The notes beneath the pieces were generated by a model, which had not been told where the DNA came from, did not search any database, and saw only the letters and a list, made by a program, of their open reading frames with translations. From Eremomyces bilateralis CBS 781.70 (lineage: Eukaryota), in NCBI GenBank assembly GCA_010015585.1, contig ML975181.1: a DNA stretch of 64,000 nucleotides, one strand, 5' to 3'. The first letter of the stretch is position 1. Each line of letters starts with the position of its first letter. Of this stretch, positions 49,133 through 59,432 are shown piece by piece. The position numbers and the translations under genes were made by a program.

Positions 49133-50462
49133 CTATGCGTTGAAGTCAATCACAATGCGTCCCGCAACTTGTCCTTTCCTTAGCTTCTCCACGCCCTCTG
49201 GCATGCGCGAGATCGGCAACACTTCACAGATCTGCTGAAGGAGACCACGTTGGGCGAAGAGAAGCGCTTGGTGTGTGTCCTCCATGCCCCCGATTACTGT
49301 CCCTTTGATGGTCAGGCCTTGCAAAATGTACTTTAGAGGGTTGGCCCCAAGATCTGCTGCCGGAGCTGGAGGAATGCCGATACACATCACCGCCGCACCG
49401 GGCCGCGTTCCTGTCATCGGGATCGCGTTTTGATACGCCAACGGGGCAGTTACAAATACCCCATGGGCGCCGAGTCCATCCGTTAGCTTCACCACCTCCG
49501 CCGCCGCATCCCCGACTTCCTTGAAATCTACGAAATGCTCCGCGCCCATTTGAAGGGCGAGGTCTTTCTTCTCCGCGCCGGTATCGACGACAATGGGCCG
49601 GAAGCCCATCGCTTTCGCAAGCTGCACGCCTTGGATCCCCACGCCGCCACCGCCGCCGGGGAAACACGCCCAGTTACCGGGCTTAAGGGGGGAGCGGGTG
49701 AGCGAGCGGTACATTGTTGAGCCGCTGCACATGATGGGTCCGGCGACTATGTCAGAGACGCCGTCGGGGATGGGAGAGAGATATTTGGCGGGGCACGCAA
49801 TATATTCTTGGTAGGTACCTAGTGAGAGTTGCGTCAGTAAGGTTTGTACCTGCTCTAAGTCCGTTCTTCGTGTTCCCGTTGCACTTCACAAGTATTTAAG
49901 GACTCAGTTGATGGCATCTTACCTGGTCGCATCAACCCTGCATGGACGCCTTTCGGGCAGTGCGTTTCCCTGTTGTTCGATTCAGCAGATGAAACGAATA
50001 GAGTTGGTTGATCGTTGATCCTTACATATCTCCCCAACACAGCTCACAGCTCCCACAACAGTCCATCAATGGTTTCATACCCGCGCGATCCCCAACCTTA
50101 TAGTTGGACACGTTTGCTCCAACCTTGACTACTACACCTGCTCCCTCGTGGCCTGGCGAGCGGACTCCGAAGTCACCCATGTTCGGGAACTCAGTGCCTA
50201 AGTCGTTGAGCATATAGTGGATGTCGGAGTAACAAAGTCCAGTGCAGTTGATCTTGAGGAGAATTTCGTCGGACGCTGCGAACTTTAGACTCTGCTATGA
50301 CAAGTGTGGAGAGAGGGAAGAGGGTATACCGATCTCAGGAACTGGAACTTCTTCGACCGTCACGTAGAAGTTGGGTCCCATGTCATTCACTACTCCCGCT
50401 TTGCATGTTTTGGGGATATCGTAGGATTTCGTTGCCCCATTGCTGCCGGTAGTATCTGCCAT
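49133..50462 (-). CDS. Zinc-dependent medium-chain alcohol dehydrogenase
   Basis: IPKTCKAGVV, TGLCYSDIH, GHEGAGVV, structural Zn CGSCELC..C, GPIMCSG, PGGGGGVGIQGVQLAKAMG, GRIVIDF. Three introns. Confidence 0.93.
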
Positions 50463-50681
50463 AGTGGACAATCGTAGCTATGGCTCTAGAGTCTGGATGT
50501 TGGATATGTCGATTATGACCCTTTCCCGGCTGGATTCGAGAGTTCCTTATTCGGGGGTGTCGCCAGAGTATATGGAATATTCTAAACAAAATTTCTCATC
50601 GAGGAAGAGTTATATCCAACGTTTAACTCGCATAGCGATTTCCGGCACTGTTTTACTGACCTGCGTATCTCCATACCCGTT

Positions 50682-50797
50682 CCCCGCCCCCGAGGTCCTA
50701 CATATACCCTCAAAACGCGGGGTCGCAATGCCAGGTTCTCCCATTGATCGATTATTATTACCGGAGTCTTGACAAGGAATTAAACCGATCTCCCCGC
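50682..50797. promoter_or_regulatory. Three CreA/Mig1-type SYGGRG sites upstream of the ADH gene
   Basis: CCCCGC 50682-50687, GCGGGG 50717-50722 and CCCCGC 50792-50797, 220-335 bp upstream of the ATG. Short motif, so chance matches are possible. Confidence 0.4.
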
Positions 50798-51200
50798 TAT
50801 CTAAAGAATCATGTTTCGAAGGGCATCGAACCGCCATTGGGGATTCTGTCATGTCAGCATTGATGTGGTGAAGACTCTCGAGCTTGACTCGATATGATGC
50901 ACGACATCGTAGCTGTTGTTAGGTGGGGCTAGAATAGCGGAGCAGAACACTGATACTGTACTGTACCACTTAGTCCCTATCGTCTGATGTAGCAGGCTAA
51001 CTATCGATATTTTGAAGTAAGTTAGTTAGTCATGTAACTAAACCTTTCCTTCCCTTTGCATGCTTCTCGTCCTTAATATTATCACCTTCAAATAACTTCC
51101 GGAGTGTAGCTAGACCAGATAACTATCATCGAATTGCCAGGGCTAGCACTTTCGACTGAATACGGGCATAGTGTCATGTTGATCTAGCCCGCATTCCCTA

Positions 51201-51719
51201 TCAACCGAGAGTCTTTGACACGGCCATCAGACAACACAGCCAAGCACCCAGATCTGTTGTCAGTGTTCTAACCATATTGATCCTCAACCATTCCCGCAAC
51301 AGATCCACGTTCGACTTCTGCCCGCCACCATGCCCCCTCTCAAATCCACCTTCCGCAATCCCCTGGATCCTCGGCGCCACCGCTGGCACAAACACCAGGT
51401 GGCCGACAGCCAGTGCCGCCGTCGCCATATACCACTTCAACGATCCGTGGCTCTCTAGCAGCGGCCGTGCCTGCCAGATACTCCCGACTGAGGCCCACGT
51501 CGTGATGCCTAGTAAGCCGACAACCCGCGGGAGACCAGCGGAGAAGAAGGCTCGGAAGTAATCCGGGAGTAAGACGTTGCTGCGCTCGCGGCACTCCGGG
51601 CGCGTGAAGATTTGCAGGAAGAAATGTTGGTCGGCGGCGAACCAGAGCGAGCAGGATGTGGAGATGAGAGGGGCGACTAGCAGAGCCGTTCGAAGATTGA
51701 CGGAGGGAAAGGATGTCAT
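51201..51719 (-). CDS. Small 4-TM integral membrane protein (DUF1772/anthrone-oxygenase-like fungal family)
   Basis: Intronless 172-aa ORF with hydrophobic helices and motifs LLVAPLISTSCSLWFA.DQHFFL, LPDYFRAFF, GHLVFVP, LREWLRIN.VR.LTTDL.AW. Confidence 0.75.
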   Translation of the reverse strand: MTSFPSVNLRTALLVAPLISTSCSLWFAADQHFFLQIFTRPECRERSNVLLPDYFRAFFSAGLPRVVGLLGITTWASVGSIWQARPLLESHGSLKWYMATAALAVGHLVFVPAVAPRIQGIAEGGFERGHGGGQKSNVDLLREWLRINMVRTLTTDLGAWLCCLMAVSKTLG

Positions 51720-52343
51720 AATTGCTTCTACTTGAAGGTACTTCGCTCGTAACGCTTGATGACGGGGTATGTGTTGATCGTTTTGGCGTGTCAGTCAATC
51801 ACGGAAACAATTCGGTCAGAAGTAGCTATGTACATAGTTTACCTTGACGGGTATATACACCCAGGCTTATGTAATCTTATGTAATCTACAAGGTGCAGTG
51901 ACTAAGTAATAGCCGCGGATTTCGACAGTATGGAAGAATGCGGAGGTACGATAGGTTGCATTTTTAAGAAAATATTTAAAAGCGATCAAAATGATCGAAT
52001 GTTCAAAGCAAATCCAGGTACCGTAAAAATCAAGCCCGCTTAACTACCATATGATGTCACAAGGGCTGGCACAGCCGAGGTCATGGGATTGCTTCAACAA
52101 TACCATCTACGATACCGTCAGAAACTCAGAATAGCATTCTCAAGGTGGTCCATAAATGGTAGAAGTTGGGCAAAACAGCACATTCTCGATATGTGACCAG
52201 TATGGCGGTCTAGTAAATATATGCGTATTTGACTTTCGTCTCATTTATCAATTCAGGTTTCAATGACTTCAGTTCGCAAGAAACGGAGAACCCGCAGAAT
52301 GCGATACGGAAGAAGGGATAGCCGTGGCAGACTCTTCCTCCAG

Positions 52344-53228
52344 TCACTGGAACCTATCCGCGTTCTGATCCATCCATCTCCAGTCATGAGACAATATGAC
52401 TTCTACGCCCATATCTCTGAACTTCCTGACTCTTTTCAAGTGAACTTCCGCTTCCTCATTATCCTGATGCGCACACTTCATCCCTTTCCCAGACGGGTCG
52501 GGGTAGAACGCTACATCTGAGGTTCCATCGAGGATCGTCACATCGTGGCATGTGTCGCCGGCGAGAAACACCCACTTGTTACTGCTCGCCCGCACGAAAA
52601 GATTGATGTGGCCTGCTAGATGCCCGGGCGAGTTGACGATGTAGATCCAGTTCTCCGCGAATAGTTTATGAGCTTCCGGGAATGGGCCGACGCGTTCCCA
52701 GAACGGTTGGCCGGATTCGTCAAGCGGATTGCTTTCGGGAGCCGGGAGCTCGGTTGCTTGGCCAGGGAGGAATAAATCTGAATCATAAATGCTCTCTGGG
52801 TCCTTGGGATATGCCGTGTCTCCAGTAAGAAGGCTCAATGCACCCGGGCCAACGAGTACCTTCGCGTTCTTGAACCGTTTCGGGACACCCGTATGGTCAT
52901 AATGCAGATGACTCAGAATGATCCACTTGATATCCTCAGGCTCGACGCCTTTGGCTTTGAGGCTATCGAAGACGTCTAATGACACATCTGTGGAAATGAC
53001 GGTCTTCAGGCGATGTTGAACTGCCGGAGGGTAGGTTGACGTATCTTTGTTAAGGCCAAGGTCGAAGAGAATGTGGCCTTGCGAAGGATGCGTTATGAGC
53101 CAGGCCATGGAGGGGCTGAGACGCTCGTTCTCACCCGATGGCGGGGCTTCAGAGATGAACAGGTGAGAGGGGAGGTGCATAGAGCCTGCATCAAGGCGGC
53201 GGACTTGAGTAACTTTCGGTAGACTCAT
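52344..53228 (-). CDS. Metallo-beta-lactamase-fold lactonase/lactamase (AiiA/AttM-like AHL-lactonase subgroup)
   Basis: Intronless 294 aa with LFDLG, IILSHLHYDHTG (HxHxDH), SPGHLAGH, LAGDTCH and terminal LSHD: the full dinuclear metal ligand set. No signal peptide. Confidence 0.9.
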   Translation of the reverse strand: MSLPKVTQVRRLDAGSMHLPSHLFISEAPPSGENERLSPSMAWLITHPSQGHILFDLGLNKDTSTYPPAVQHRLKTVISTDVSLDVFDSLKAKGVEPEDIKWIILSHLHYDHTGVPKRFKNAKVLVGPGALSLLTGDTAYPKDPESIYDSDLFLPGQATELPAPESNPLDESGQPFWERVGPFPEAHKLFAENWIYIVNSPGHLAGHINLFVRASSNKWVFLAGDTCHDVTILDGTSDVAFYPDPSGKGMKCAHQDNEEAEVHLKRVRKFRDMGVEVILSHDWRWMDQNADRFQ

Positions 53229-53716
53229 GGTTTGCTAGAGACAATAACGAGCGCTGCGTCGGGCAGGGGGGTATATCAAGTATTCAACGGAATCGTTCTT
53301 GGTAGGTGAAGCTTGGATTTCGAAAGTTAAGTTGCGGAAAACTGCGTAGTAGGGCCAATAATGAAGAGTACCATATCCACAGTGACCTTCCTGATATATC
53401 TTCAACAATACGGCGCTATTTTGAATCTCATCCAGGAACGCTAACCAGACTGGTGCTTTCAATCCGCGATTCACTTTACGGGATGCTAACTATTAACAAA
53501 ATAGGAAGAAGATGAATAGAGATGAAGGACTAGTTTGAGTGGAGACGGTAATAGCTCACTAGCATCATATTCAAGGGACAGGAAGTCCAATCATGAATTG
53601 ACAAAACCGAGGCTGCGGGGTTCGGAATAGATATATAGGCAAGGGTGTGAAGCTCTCCGTCGCATCGGCAGATAGCTTCAACACGAATTCGCGGATCATC
53701 GAAAGTCGGGGAAAAC

Positions 53717-55315
53717 ATGAGCGTACTACTTAAGACCATCCCGTATCAGGTCAGTCTTTCTTTCCTAGCAACTGTGGTATGGGCTTACAGTCTCTAGCTC
53801 AAAGATCCGAGCTTGCTAGACAACAAATGCTTCATTGGCAGCAAATGGGTTGAGTCCAGTACAGGGAAGTCTTTCGCAGTCCTTGGTAAGAATAATTCAT
53901 TCGTGAAGGATGGCAGATTCTGATGATGGGAGGTAGACCCTGAAGATGATCAGACAATCTGTCACGTACCCGATCTCAGCCGCCGGGAAATACAAGAAGC
54001 AATTGGCGTAGCCCATGAATCATTTCTCGAGTATCGCCGGAAACCCGCCCGCGAGAGACGGGCGCTACTGCGAAAATGGGCCGACCTTATCAAGGCCAAC
54101 AAGGAGGATCTTGCAGCCATCTGTACACTGGAGCTAGGAAAGCCGTTTACCGAATCCCTGGGGACCGTCAAGTACGGGACTGACTACCTCGACTGGTTCG
54201 ACGGCCTGATTGAACAGGTGGGCGGAGAAACGATACCTGCCGCGCGACCTGACAACCGGATCATTACAATTCGCCAGCCGCAGGGCGTCGTCGCAGCAAT
54301 CACCCCTTGGAATTCGCCGATCGCCATGATCGCTCGAAAAGCCGGCGCTGCGATCGCGGTGGGGAACACTGTTGTCTGCAAGCCCGCGCCAGAAACGCCA
54401 CTTTGCGCGATCGCTCTTGCGAAACTGGCGGAAAGGGCAGGATATCCACCCGGTGTGTTTAACGTTGTCACCGTGAGCCCGGAAAGAACGCCGGAAATTG
54501 GAGCGGAACTATGCGAGAATCCGAAAGTGCGGCATCTGAGTTTTACAGGAAGCACGGCGGTTGGCCGGTTCTTGAATGGAGAGTGCGCGAAAAGGATGAA
54601 GCGGACAAGTATGGAGCTAGGCGGGAACGCGCCGTTCATCGTCTTTGAAGATGCGAAACTTGGACAGGCGGTCGACGGGCTGATTGCCAGTAAGTTCCGG
54701 TCGTCGGGCCAAACCTGCGTGTGTGCGAACCGAATTCTGGTGCACGAGACGATTTTCCAAGAGTTTGCAGAGAGGTTGGCGAAACGAGTTCCGGAGGCCT
54801 TGACTTCGGGCTCCGTGTGGGATCCAAAGACGAATTACGGTCCATTGTACTCGGGCAAAGGACTCGCAAAAGTCCAGCAGCACTGGGATGATGCCGTGAA
54901 ACATGGCGCGAAAGTTCTTCTCTCGGACGAGAGCCCAAGGGGGCCAAACTTTGTTTCGCCGACCATACTGAGCTTACCATCCGGAATGGACAACCTTGCA
55001 TCCCTCGCATTCTCGAATGAGGAAACATTCGGCCCTCTTGCAATTCTAGTTCCTTTTGCGAAGGAAGAGGAGGCCGTAAGGTACGCCAACAGCACTTCGA
55101 CCGGTCTAGCGTCGTACTTCTATACCTCTGATTTCAGCCGTATTTGGCGCGTTGCAGAGGCACTGGAAACAGGAATGGTTGGAGTGAGTGTGGGTCTAGT
55201 TAGTGCCGTGGAGATGCCGTTCGGTGGTATCAAACAGAGCGGTGTTGGGAGGGAAGGCGGCGCTCATTGCTTGGAGGAATATACAGAACTGAAGGCAATT
55301 ACTATCGGCATTTAG
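53717..55315 (+). CDS. Succinate-semialdehyde dehydrogenase-like NAD(P)+ aldehyde dehydrogenase (GabD/Uga2/AttK family)
   Basis: LKDPSLL, ELGKP..E, ITPWNSP, KPAPETP, SFTGSTAVG, MELGGNAPFIVFEDA, KFRSSGQTCVCANR (SSADH-type catalytic Cys loop), EETFGP, PFGGIKQSGVGREG. Introns ~53750-53798 and ~53886-53936. Confidence 0.9.
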
Positions 55316-55573
55316 ACGCCGGTAAGTTACATGTAAAAGCAGGGTAGTCATATGCAAAAGGCAAATGAATAGAAGCGGTTAATGACCCTTGGTCATCAGC
55401 TAATCCCATAGCTAATCTCATGCTAAATTCGTATCGAATCAGCTTGGAGAGGCAAGAAGAAACTCCTCGGCGTCCAATCATGGCAGCGATATACTTCCCC
55501 GCACGACAACATATTTCCCGGATCATGAATGCTGTGGCCTCTTGACGTTTTACGGCTGAGAAAAGAATTCAAG

Positions 55574-56404
55574 ATGGGTCGACTAAATGGAAAAGTTGCA
55601 ATCGTGACAGGCGGTGGTTCAGGGTTCGGAGAAGCGATAGCGAAGGCTTTTGCGAACGAAGGCGCCCATGTGCTCATCGCCGACATCGCAGTTGAAAACG
55701 GAAGGCGAGTCGAGGCCGAAATCGAACAGACGAGTTCAGAAGGCCAAGGAAGAGCAGTGTTTATCGAGTTCGACTGCGTCAGCCAGCAATCATGGAAAGA
55801 AGCACTTGAGTTCGCCAAAGAAAAATTTGGAAAGCTGGACATCGTGGTGAATAATGCCGGTACCACGTATAAGAAGAAGCCAAGCATCGAGGTGACTGAA
55901 GAAGAGTTTGACAAGATTATCAACGTCAACATCAAGAGCATCTACCAAAGCGTAGCCGTAGTCATGCCATACTTCGTCGAACGAAAGCAAGGAGTGTTCC
56001 TCAACACGTCCTCGGTTGCTGGTACAAGAGTCAGGCCTGGACAGGTCTTCTATGGAGGCACCAAAGGCTTCGTAAACACGGTAAACGTCCGATGAGAACC
56101 ATTCCTTAGAGATGAGAAGCTGAACGTGTCTTAGATCACTCAGGGCCTTGCAGCAGAGTACGGGCCGATGGGCGTCAGGATCAATTCACTCTGCCCCCTC
56201 CGTGGCGCGACAGGACTGCTGGAGATGTTTTCGGGGGTCCCAGACACGCCTGAGGAGCGAGCTCGTTTCGCTCAAAGCGTTCCGCTCAGGAGGATGTCGG
56301 AACCTGCCGATATTGCTGCTGCTGCGGTATTTTTGGCAAGCGATGAGGCCTCGTTCATAACCGGCGTCAATCTGCCAATCGATGGAGGACGACTGGCTGT
56401 GTGA
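55574..56404 (+). CDS. Classical short-chain dehydrogenase/reductase (FabG/TsaC-like)
   Basis: GKVAIVTGGGSGFG, IADI, VNNAG, NTSS, YGGTK (YxxxK), FLASDEASFITGVNLPIDGG. Intron 56081-56134. Confidence 0.92.
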
Positions 56405-57784
56405 TGCTTTCATATAGGGGCTGTGAAACAGCTGGCTTAGAGACCATCTCGAGAGGCGACACTTCGAAAGTGATTAGTGACGTGACAGGGAACTGAGTCT
56501 AATCCAAGGGTAGATGAAATGAAAACAAGAATCAGGATCATGTCCATGATGGGAATTAAACAATGCACGTTTCAAATCCCATCATCATTGTTTTCTTGCG
56601 ATACGCGTCAACACGAATGTGTTGGCAGACTTGCACGACTGGCATTTGCAGTGCACTGAACCGAACCCACTTTCAGCTGTCTGACCAAATGCTCAACTTT
56701 GACTCCCTCTGCCCTCTGGAGGTTCATCATCACGATGTCCCTAATCAAGTCCTCTGAACCTGGACGCTGCAATGAACTGTTGTTGCAGTTATAGGGGAAG
56801 GAAATGTATTTTGGAATCAGGGATTGTTATCATGTCTGGGCTCCAGGAAAGATGTTGCTGTCCCCGTACTCTGGGAGGACTGTTCACATTCAACTCCAAC
56901 GTCCGTACACTCAATCTCAGCCACGCCAGAGTCCAGACATCACTGTCATGGTAATTGTCGCCGGGTCATATGCATTTCATGGTGGTAGGTTTTCCTAGCC
57001 AACACAAGGCAGGGCTGTGACATTGATAGGGCATGCGGTTTGATGGCGTTTCCTCAGCTCTCGTCAAAACCATCCAACTGTGCAACACTCCTCGACCAAT
57101 GTCTGCGATGAGCAAGGCAACCTGCAGCCAAAGCAATAAAAGGCCGAGACCGCCATGCAGTTCGCCGTTTGCGACTGGATGAGACTGGACTCAACTTCAT
57201 GAACGGCATCTTCCGTCTCGTGGCATTTCCCAGCTTCTGCTTCATTTTCCTAAAATACCGATTCAGCCTCTTCTTTCTGTTCTGCACACCAAGTCCGAAC
57301 AGCAGGTATCCTTGCAGACGTTTCTCTCCTTGTCCAGTCTGTCCCTTTTTTTGCCCTATTGGGTGCCTAAACTGATACTTGGCCGACCTAACGGTGATGA
57401 TTTGGTGCCAGCTGTTCGCCGTCTAGACTGCTCGCTTCAGACGTAGGGCAGGGCGGCGCTCCGGGAGTTAAACAAAGCTGTTTAGGCGATACTGCTGGAT
57501 ACTGTTGGCGCTGGCCTGAAATGAGCGGAAACACTCTTCAGGTATCGTGATGTTACACAGCCCGACCCTGGCAGTAGAGAGGTTGACAACAAAGTCGGGT
57601 AATCATTGAGGACCTGCAACCTCCAGACCGTATATCTAGAGGGTTACCCTCTCCTTTCTATACAGTTTGGAATCTTAGAAAGTCCAGCTCATTCCTTCCA
57701 GTACTCCCTTGGGTTTCTGTTGCCTTCTGTTTCATCATTCGCTACAGTTCACTACAGTGACGAACGTCTGTTTAGCTATATAAA

Positions 57785-59078
57785 ATGTGAGACCCTACGA
57801 CCATTTTCTGTATCATATGGTGCTAACGCTAGGCTCAGGACACAATTCTCTCGCTTCATCGTTCCAGCTTTGCTGTTCTCGTCTGCTTTTGCATCCCCTT
57901 CCTACCATTCCAACAGCCTACAAGCACGGCAAACTTCCCCCAACGATGCATGCCAAGGCCTCCAAATCAACTTAGGTAATGGAGGTCGGAAGATCGGTAT
58001 CGTGATTGACTCGTCGGGGTCTAACCTCGATACCGACCCAAATGACCTTCGCGTCGTTGCTGGTAGAACCTTGAATAGTGCCTTGGTGACTGCTGCCGGG
58101 GCGACCGGTGGAAAGCAGCCAGATCTCGTCACAGTTGTGGACTTCGACTATAGTGCTACTGTCATCTACGGCCTCGGTGACCCTGCCGGGGCCGGACCAA
58201 GCTTTAGTAGTATTGACTCTAGCGGTGGCACCTATATTGCCGAGGGTGTCAAGGCAGCTTACGACGAGTTGACAAAGCAGAACTCTGGTTCTACTGCTGA
58301 TCGCACTGGTATCATTGTCTTGACGGACGGTGAAGACTCTTCCGCTGACGAGCTCGTCACGGAGATTCAAAGAGCCGGGAATGCATCCATCAAGGTCTCG
58401 TTCGGATTTCTCTCTCCAAGCGGCTCCTCCCCCTCATACCCCGAGGTCCTCAGCGCCATTTTGAACACCGGTGGGATCTTCCGAACCGTCGATACCGACT
58501 CCGCCCAACAAGCGTTCATCAGCACCGTTCTCGCCAACGGACTAACCACGAGCGACGGCGGCACCGACGTCTCCTCAATCCTCATCTCCGGCCTTTCCAT
58601 CGCCGCCAGCTCCAACTCGAACGGCCCGAACACATTCACCTACACCGGCACCGCCGGCGAAAAGATCAACATCACCATCACCGCCCTGGAAAAGCAGACC
58701 CTCGACGGCAGCATCCGCGACGCCTCCGGAACCGAGCTCACAACAGGCAGCATCAACGCGGCCGGCGTGGCGGCGCTCACGCTTGACCTCGTCAACGACG
58801 GCCCGCTCAGTGTCCTGGTGAGCGCCGCGAGCGGGTCCGGCTTGTTCACGATCGGTCTGAACTCCTCGTTGGGGGTCAGCAACTGCACGCTCGTGCCGCC
58901 GGTTACGAACGGCACGTCGGGGGGCGGTGGGGGGAACAATGCGACGGTAACGCCTTCGGCCCATCTTCCGACTGCCACGGGAAAGCCTCCGCAGTTCACG
59001 GGTGCCGCGGCCGCAGTTAATGTCGCCGGTGCTTCTACATTTGGCCTACTTGCTTTCTTCGCTGCTGCGTTGCTCTGA
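57785..59078 (+). CDS. Secreted, probably GPI-anchored von Willebrand factor A domain protein
   Basis: Signal peptide MLRTQFSRFIVPALLFSSAFA, MIDAS DSSGS...GGT...LTDGED, beta-rich second domain, G/T/P linker, and hydrophobic C-terminal GPI-type signal. ATG is assembled across intron 57787-57832. Confidence 0.85.
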
Positions 59079-59432
59079 ACTTCAGAAAGTCCTCTGAGAA
59101 ACTGCGACGAATAATCGGTTTGCTGTTCTTGTGTTTCGCTCATAATGTGTTACAGTGGCATGCGACTTCAGTTGTGCATCGAATGAGATAAATCAAATTG
59201 ACAACCTCGATGGGAATCTATCGTGCATTTTCGCAAGACACATTTCCAATGTCATTACACGTAGAACGACCAAACTCATTGGGTCGAAGGGGCCTAGCAC
59301 AACGACACTTCCTTCCGTGCCACCAGGCGGTTGAAAGACAAACCGCGTCACAATGTCCCACCCCCAACCCGGAAATTCACATTCAACGCCCATACCGTCA
59401 TAGTGTACACGAACAAAAGTTCCCAACGCTTC

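Noticed and set aside
56500..57400. Basic and Cys-rich short ORFs after the SDR
   Set aside because: No recognisable domain; frames interrupted by stops.
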